This document shows, one piece after another, positions 58,135 to 64,000 of a stretch of 64,000 nt of DNA. A program made the position numbers and the translations under genes. The notes under the pieces were generated by a model. It was not told the DNA's origin, searched no databases, and was given only the letters and a program-made list of their open reading frames with translations. Origin of the DNA: Pseudomonadota bacterium (GTDB lineage Bacteria; Pseudomonadota; Gammaproteobacteria; JAKAQQ01); contig DAHVLZ010000018.1 in assembly GCA_027320085.1 (NCBI GenBank), forward strand, positions 1 to 64,000, read 5' to 3'. Every line of letters begins with the position of its first letter. Within the stretch, counting starts at the first letter, position 1.

Positions 58135-59436
58135 ATGACGAGTTTTCACCCGGCTGGATCCGGCCCGCTGGCCGATCTCAAGGCGCGTCGTTCCATCTTC
58201 CAGCTGACGGACGAGACGGGGATCGCCTCCCTGCTGTCCGAGGCTCCAACCACCGTCTATGTGGGATTCGACCCCACAGCCGATAGTCTCCATCTCGGTC
58301 ACCTTTTGCCGCTCATGACCATGAGGCGGCTCCAGCAGGCCGGCCACCGCCCGCTCATCGTCTTGGGCGGGGCGACGGGGCTGATCGGGGACCCCAGCGG
58401 CAAACTCTCGGAGCGGGTCATGCAGACGATGGAGGCGGTGGATTCCTATGCCGAGTCCCTGGGTCGGCAGATCGGGCATTTTCTGGATTGCGGCGGGAGC
58501 CCCACCAGTGCCCGGATCCTCAACAACCGGGAATGGATCGGTCCCCTGGACCTGATCGGCTTTCTGCGCGACGTCGGAAAACACTTCTCGGTGGGGGCAA
58601 TGCTCGGCAAGGAGACCGTGCGGACCCGTCTGGGAAATGAAAACGCGGGACTGTCTTACACGGAGTTCAGTTACCTCCTGCTCCAGGCCTACGATTTTGA
58701 CCACCTGTGTCGAACGGAAGGTTGCCGGCTGCAGATCGGTGGCAGCGACCAGTGGGGCAACATCACGGCCGGCGTCGAACTCATCCGCCGTCGACAGAAC
58801 CGGGAGGCTTATGGGTGGACAACCCCACTCGTGACGACAGCAGCGGGCAGTAAACTCGGCAAGACGGAAACGGGAACCATCTGGCTGGATCCCGGAAAGA
58901 CCCCCCCCTACACGTTCTACCAGTACCTCCTCCAGGTGGACGATGCGGATGCAGGCCGGTTTTTGCGCTACTTCAGCGAATATGACCTCGGGACGATCGA
59001 GGCGATCGAGGCGGAACAGGCGAAAGATCCGGCAAGCCGGCCGGGCCAGAAGGCACTTGCCCGCGAGCTCACGACCCGGGTTCATGGATCAGTCGAGACC
59101 GGACGCGTGATCCGCGTGAGCGAGACCCTTTTCGGATCAGCCGACCTTCGGGCGCTGGACCTCGAGAGTTTTCGACTGCTCGAGACCGTAATCCCCGGAG
59201 CGGTCGTTTCGCGCGAGCCCCCGAGATGGGCGCTTGAAGAGCTCCTGGTCGCAACCGGACTCGTCTCCTCGAAAAGCCGTGCCCGTGAGGAGATCCGGGC
59301 CGGTGCGGTCTCGGTCAACCAGAAAAGGGTGGAGGAGACGACCCGCGCGATCGGGCACGGGGATTTTCTCTGGGACCGCTATCTGCTTCTGGGCAAGGGG
59401 AGGCGTCACCATGCCTGGGTCCGCCTCGGCGATTGA
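58135..59436 (+). CDS. tyrS: Tyrosine--tRNA ligase
   Basis: YVGFDPTADSLHLGH, LQAYDF, QIGGSDQWGNI, KLGKT, S4 domain. Confidence 0.97.
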   Translation: MTSFHPAGSGPLADLKARRSIFQLTDETGIASLLSEAPTTVYVGFDPTADSLHLGHLLPLMTMRRLQQAGHRPLIVLGGATGLIGDPSGKLSERVMQTMEAVDSYAESLGRQIGHFLDCGGSPTSARILNNREWIGPLDLIGFLRDVGKHFSVGAMLGKETVRTRLGNENAGLSYTEFSYLLLQAYDFDHLCRTEGCRLQIGGSDQWGNITAGVELIRRRQNREAYGWTTPLVTTAAGSKLGKTETGTIWLDPGKTPPYTFYQYLLQVDDADAGRFLRYFSEYDLGTIEAIEAEQAKDPASRPGQKALARELTTRVHGSVETGRVIRVSETLFGSADLRALDLESFRLLETVIPGAVVSREPPRWALEELLVATGLVSSKSRAREEIRAGAVSVNQKRVEETTRAIGHGDFLWDRYLLLGKGRRHHAWVRLGD

Positions 59437-59779
59437 TCTGCTTCCCGCCGGGCTGGCCCGGACACCCGAGCCACCCTACTACGCGGTCATTTTTTCCTCG
59501 ATCCTGAAAAGGGACGATCCGGCATACCACCGGATGTCCCGACGCATGGCGGAACTGGTTGACCGTCAGCCGGGTTTTCTCGGCTGGGAAAGCGCCCGTG
59601 AGGCGGGAGGAGTTGGAATCACGGTTTCCTACTGGGAATCACTCGAAGCCATAGCCGCGTGGAAGGCACAGATGGAACACCAGGCCGCCCAGAAGCTGGG
59701 GCGGGAACTCTGGTATGCCGGCTATGCGATCCGGATCGCCCGTGTCGAACGGGCCAGCGGGTTTCTGCCGGAGCGTTGA
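59411..59779 (+). CDS. Antibiotic biosynthesis monooxygenase (ABM) family protein
   Basis: PPYYAVIF, QPGFLG.ESAR, GITVSYW..LEAI..WK...H; start uncertain. Confidence 0.88.
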   Translation: MPGSASAIDLLPAGLARTPEPPYYAVIFSSILKRDDPAYHRMSRRMAELVDRQPGFLGWESAREAGGVGITVSYWESLEAIAAWKAQMEHQAAQKLGRELWYAGYAIRIARVERASGFLPER

Positions 59780-59800
59780 CGGGCCCGATGGACCGGTCGC

Positions 59801-60178
59801 CTATCCGGCGGGATCCTCCAGGCGGTTGATGGCCTCCACACAGCTTTCGTCGATCCGTCGGGCAATCTCGGAAAGATGGGGGTTCGGGTAGGGGGCGAGG
59901 CACTCCCGCGCGGTTCGGTACAAAATCTCGGTCCGCTCCCCGCATCCGACGAGGTAGAGCCGGAGGGGAACTTCGAGGCCGGCCCGTGGATCGGTCGTCC
60001 GTACATGCGATATCCAGTCCGGCCGGGAAAGAAGGAACAGGATTCCTTCCGGTTCCGCGGGCAGGGAGGTGGGGGGGTGCGCGATGCGCAGGACGAGGTC
60101 GATCCCGGCCGCTCCGAGAACGGCGAGCAGGCGTCGGGCCGTCTCGTCCGGGGGAAACGGCACGATCCAGCTTTGCAT
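59801..60178 (-). CDS. DUF302-like protein
   Basis: DPRAGLEVPLRLYL motif; about 125 aa. Confidence 0.7.
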   Translation of the reverse strand: MQSWIVPFPPDETARRLLAVLGAAGIDLVLRIAHPPTSLPAEPEGILFLLSRPDWISHVRTTDPRAGLEVPLRLYLVGCGERTEILYRTARECLAPYPNPHLSEIARRIDESCVEAINRLEDPAG

Positions 60179-60181
60179 GCG

Positions 60182-61804
60182 TCAGGCGGGAGGTGGAAGA
60201 AGGCCGGCCAGGCTTTCGATCGCCCGGGCCAGTGAGCGGGTGAAGCGCGCTGCCAGGGCCCCATCGATCACCCGATGGTCGTAGGACAGGGAGAGGGGCA
60301 GCATGAGCCGGGGCGCAAATGCACCATCCCGCCAGACCGGACGGATCTCGGAGCGGGAGATGCCGAGAATGGCGACCTCCGGTGCATTGATGATGGGCGT
60401 AAAGGCCGTTCCGCCGATGCCGCCCAGGCTCGAGAGGGAAAAAGTTCCGCCCTGGAAATCCGCAGCGGCGAGCCGGCCTGCGCGAGCCTTGTCGGCGAGA
60501 TCTGCGACTTCACGGGCCAATGTCCACAGGTCTTTCTGGTCGACGTTCCGGATCACCGGAACCACGAGACCCTGCGGCGTATCGACTGCAAAACCCAGGT
60601 GATAGTACTTCTTGAGGGTGAGGGTCTCAAGGTCGGGGTTGAGCGAGGCGTTGAGTGTCGGATGTTCCCGGAGCGCCTGGACGGCGGCCTTCATGAGAAA
60701 GGGGAGGAGGGTGAGCTTGATGCCGAAACGCCGACCGTCGGCCTCATTGAGCCGGACCCGGAACGGGTCGACTTCCGTGATGTCGGCCTGGTCGTGTTGG
60801 GTCACGTGAGGGATCGTGTTCCAGCTGGCCCACAGTCTGGGACCTGCGATTTTCTGGATCCGGGTGAGCGGCTGCTGCTCGACCGGCCCGAAGCGGGAAT
60901 AGTCATAGACGGGAACCTCGCGGCCGGCCGGGCCCCGGCCGGTCTGGATCTGGTTCCGGACAAAATGCTTGACGTCTTCCGGCCGGATCCTCCCGCGGGC
61001 ACCGCTTCCCGAGATCTGTTCCAGACTGACCCCAAGCTCGCGGGCCAGTTTGCGGACGAGCGGTCCGGCATAGGGATGCAGGCGGTCCGCTTTGGCCAGA
61101 GCCGGGGATCCCGCGGGCTCTTGGGCAGGCATCTCACGCGCAGGCGGTCGTTCGGCTGGCGCGGACGTGGCGGGAGCTGACGCTTTTTCTGCGACCGGGG
61201 TCGTCTCGAGGGTGAGGATGGGAGAACCTTGGGAGACCTTGTCGCCGGCTTTGACCTTGAGCTCCCGGACGATTCCGGCCTGCGGGGCGGGTACATCCAT
61301 CGCGGCCTTGTCGGTCTCCAGGGTGATGAGGGAGCCACCCGCTTTGATCACATCGCCGGGCTTCACGAGGACCTCGATCACGTCGACGTCGTGGAAGCCA
61401 CCGAGATCGGGGACGACAACCGCTTCCACCTTGCGACGGTCGACCGGGAGCGGGGGGGGCGGGGGGGCTGCTCGTGCCGGAGCGGTCTCTTTCGGTGGGA
61501 TCATCTGGGCTGTGGGCGCCGAATCCGGTTGCCGGCTCGGGGCTGCCTTTTCCTCTGCGCTTTCCAGGGTGAGGATGGGGGAGCCTTGGGAGACCTTGTC
61601 GCCGGTTTTGACCTTGAGTTCCCGGATGACTCCGCCTCGGGGCGCAGGAACATCCATCGCGGCCTTGTCGGTCTCCAGGGTGATGAGGGAGGCACCAGCG
61701 GCAATCTTGTCGCCGGGTTTCACAAGGACCTCGATCACATCGACGTCGTGGAAGTCACCGAGATCGGGGACCGTGATTGTCTCGACCGGTTGCGACGCCG
61801 TCAT
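60182..61804 (-). CDS. aceF: Pyruvate dehydrogenase E2 (two lipoyl domains)
   Basis: Two copies of LETDKAAMDVP, E3-binding GSG..GRI, catalytic DHRVIDG. Confidence 0.97.
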   Translation of the reverse strand: MTASQPVETITVPDLGDFHDVDVIEVLVKPGDKIAAGASLITLETDKAAMDVPAPRGGVIRELKVKTGDKVSQGSPILTLESAEEKAAPSRQPDSAPTAQMIPPKETAPARAAPPPPPLPVDRRKVEAVVVPDLGGFHDVDVIEVLVKPGDVIKAGGSLITLETDKAAMDVPAPQAGIVRELKVKAGDKVSQGSPILTLETTPVAEKASAPATSAPAERPPAREMPAQEPAGSPALAKADRLHPYAGPLVRKLARELGVSLEQISGSGARGRIRPEDVKHFVRNQIQTGRGPAGREVPVYDYSRFGPVEQQPLTRIQKIAGPRLWASWNTIPHVTQHDQADITEVDPFRVRLNEADGRRFGIKLTLLPFLMKAAVQALREHPTLNASLNPDLETLTLKKYYHLGFAVDTPQGLVVPVIRNVDQKDLWTLAREVADLADKARAGRLAAADFQGGTFSLSSLGGIGGTAFTPIINAPEVAILGISRSEIRPVWRDGAFAPRLMLPLSLSYDHRVIDGALAARFTRSLARAIESLAGLLPPPA

Positions 61805-61805
61805 G

Positions 61806-64000
61806 TCAGGACAGCCAGGGTTCGATCCGTTCCGGATCGATGCCGAAGCGTTTCAGGGCGCCGGTGACGACCCGGGCCTCGATCTGGCCTTCCTGGAAAA
61901 GGGCATGGAGGGCGGCGGTCGCAATCGAGGCGGCATCGACTTCGAAAAAGCCGCGGAGACGCTCACGCGTGTCGCTGCGCCCGAAGCCATCGGTTCCGAG
62001 TGACACGAAGCGTTTGGAGATGAACGGGCGGATCTGGTCGGCATACAAGCGGACGTAATCGCTCGCGGCGATCACCGGACCGGCCTGGCCGTCCAGTACG
62101 CCCTCGAGGTAGTTCCGACGTGGGGGAGAGTCCGGGTGCAGGCGGTTCCAGCGCTCGACGGCCTGTCCCTCGCGCTTCAGTTCCGTGAAACTCGTGGCAC
62201 TCCACACGCCGGAGGAGACGCCGAATTCCTCAGCCAGAAGCTGGGCGGCCCGTTCCACCTCGCGAAGGATGGTCCCTGAGCCCATGAGCTGGACCGTGGG
62301 GGAGGCGGAGCGGGATTTTCCTTTCCCCCCGCGAAGGCTTGCCTCGACCGTGCGGAGACGGTAGAGCCCCTTCAAGATCCCGGCCTCCACCCCTTCGGGC
62401 ATCGGCGGATGGCTGTAGTTCTCGTTCATGGCCGTGAGATAGTAAAACACGTTCTCGTCTTTTTCGAACATGCACTTCAGGCCATCATGGATGATGACGG
62501 CGAGTTCATAGGCATAGGTCGGGTCATAGACCCGGCAGTTCGGAATGTTCGAGGCCAGAACCGTGCTATGTCCGTCGCAGTGCTGGAGGCCCTCCCCCTC
62601 GAGCGTGGTCCGGCCGGCCGTGCCGCCGATCAAAAATCCGCGGGCCCGGACGTCGCCGGCGGCCCAGGCGAGGTCGCCCATGCGCTGGAAGCCGAACATC
62701 GAGTAGAACAGGAAGAAGGGAACCAGGGTGATCCCCCGGGTCGAGTAGGTGGTGGCTGCCGCGATCCAGGAGGCCATGGATCCCGCCTCGGTGATGCCTT
62801 CCTCGAGAATCTGGCCCTTGCGATCCTCACGGTAGAACATGAGCTGACCCGCATCCGGGGGAACGTAATGCTGTCCCTCGCTCGAGTAAATGGCCAGCTG
62901 GCGGAACAGTCCCTCCATGCCGAAAGTCCGGGCCTCGTCCGGCACGATGGGCACGATCCGTGGACCGACCCGGGGATCCCGGGTGAGTGCCGTGAGCATC
63001 CGGACCACGGCCATGGTGGTGGAATATTCCCGTTCCGAGGAACCTTCGAGCTGGGTCTTGAAGATCTCGATCGGGGGCAGGGTCAGCCGATCGCCGATGG
63101 TCCGGCGGCTCGGCAGGTATCCGCCGAGCGCCTCCCGTCGCTCGTGAAGATAGTGGAACTCCGCGGAGCCTTCGGGAAATCTGAGAAAGGGGAGGGCATC
63201 GATCTGGTCGTCTGCAACCGGCAGGTTGAAACGGTCGCGGAAGGCACGCAACTCGTCCAGGTCCATCTTTTTTTGCTGGTGGCTCGTGTTCTGAGCCTCG
63301 CCCGCCCGTCCCATGCCGTAGCCCTTGACCGACTTGGCCAGGATCAGCGTGGGCTGTCCGACATGGTGCACGGCGCGGTCGTAGGCGGCGTAGATCTTGA
63401 TGGCATCATTTCCGCCACGGTTGAGCTGCCAGATGGCCTCGTCGCTCAGGTTGGCGACCAGAGCCCTGAGTTCCGGATACTTGCCGAAAAAATGCTCGCG
63501 TACATAAGCGCCATCTTTCGACTTGAAGGTCTGGTAATCACCGTCGAGGCACTCCTCCATGCGCCGCCGCAGGAGTCCGCCCGGGTCGTGGCTGAGGAGC
63601 GGATCCCAGCGGGAGCCCCAGATCACCTTGATCACGTTCCATCCCGCCCCACGGAAAATGGCCTCGAGTTCCTGAATGATCTTGCCGTTTCCGCGAACCG
63701 GTCCATCCAGCCGTTGCAGGTTGCAGTTGACGACGAAGATCAGGTTGTCGAGCTTTTCGCGGGCTGCGAGACTGATGCCGGCGAGCGATTCGGGTTCATC
63801 CATCTCGCCGTCGCCCAGCATGCACCAGACCTTTTGCGGTGCGGACGGGGTCAGCTCGCGGTGTTCGAGATAGCGCAGGACACGCGCCTGGTAGACCGCC
63901 TGGAGGGGGCCCAGTCCCATGGAGACGGTCGGGAACTGCCAGAAGTCCCGGAAGAGCCACGGGTGGGGATAGGACGGCAGGCCGGATTGGCCGGCTTCGC
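61806..64000 (-). CDS. aceE: Pyruvate dehydrogenase E1 (homodimeric); 5' end lies outside the window
   Basis: FPTVSMGLGP, GDGEMDEPES, NCNLQRLDGP, GTDGFGRSD. Confidence 0.97.
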   Translation of the reverse strand, partial: EAGQSGLPSYPHPWLFRDFWQFPTVSMGLGPLQAVYQARVLRYLEHRELTPSAPQKVWCMLGDGEMDEPESLAGISLAAREKLDNLIFVVNCNLQRLDGPVRGNGKIIQELEAIFRGAGWNVIKVIWGSRWDPLLSHDPGGLLRRRMEECLDGDYQTFKSKDGAYVREHFFGKYPELRALVANLSDEAIWQLNRGGNDAIKIYAAYDRAVHHVGQPTLILAKSVKGYGMGRAGEAQNTSHQQKKMDLDELRAFRDRFNLPVADDQIDALPFLRFPEGSAEFHYLHERREALGGYLPSRRTIGDRLTLPPIEIFKTQLEGSSEREYSTTMAVVRMLTALTRDPRVGPRIVPIVPDEARTFGMEGLFRQLAIYSSEGQHYVPPDAGQLMFYREDRKGQILEEGITEAGSMASWIAAATTYSTRGITLVPFFLFYSMFGFQRMGDLAWAAGDVRARGFLIGGTAGRTTLEGEGLQHCDGHSTVLASNIPNCRVYDPTYAYELAVIIHDGLKCMFEKDENVFYYLTAMNENYSHPPMPEGVEAGILKGLYRLRTVEASLRGGKGKSRSASPTVQLMGSGTILREVERAAQLLAEEFGVSSGVWSATSFTELKREGQAVERWNRLHPDSPPRRNYLEGVLDGQAGPVIAASDYVRLYADQIRPFISKRFVSLGTDGFGRSDTRERLRGFFEVDAASIATAALHALFQEGQIEARVVTGALKRFGIDPERIEPWLS

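Overview
A GC-rich proteobacterial chromosome segment, probably from an acidophilic gammaproteobacterium. That is an inference from gene order, the Arg/His-rich periplasmic proteins, a sedolisin and arsRBC. The core backbone carries mutM, a GldAFG-like ABC system, desA, rpmB/rpmG, coaBC-dut, pyrE, xth-ampG, asmA-mutY-yggX, TPR-lolB, glgB, dsbD, tyrS, aceEF and tRNA-Phe/Gly/Arg. Accessory pieces are: (i) an AbiL-like AAA_21 ATPase + RloB defence pair whose RloB has a +1 frameshift; (ii) an orphan two-gene secreted cassette between pyrE and xth, encoding a six-Cys acidic protein with an AT-shifted C-terminus and a YbjQ-like/TonB-C-like partner, with its own promoter and an 18-bp palindrome; (iii) a decayed integration hotspot at tRNA-Phe with two P4-type integrase stubs, arm-site-like repeats and fragments of HepT, HigB, RelE and an ATPase; (iv) a doubly damaged AbiEii-type toxin-antitoxin pair; (v) many secreted hydrolase or propeller proteins, including an S53 peptidase with a GlyGly-CTERM anchor and a structured leader. 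No CRISPR array or intact transposase was seen. All family calls come from motif recognition by eye, not from database searches.
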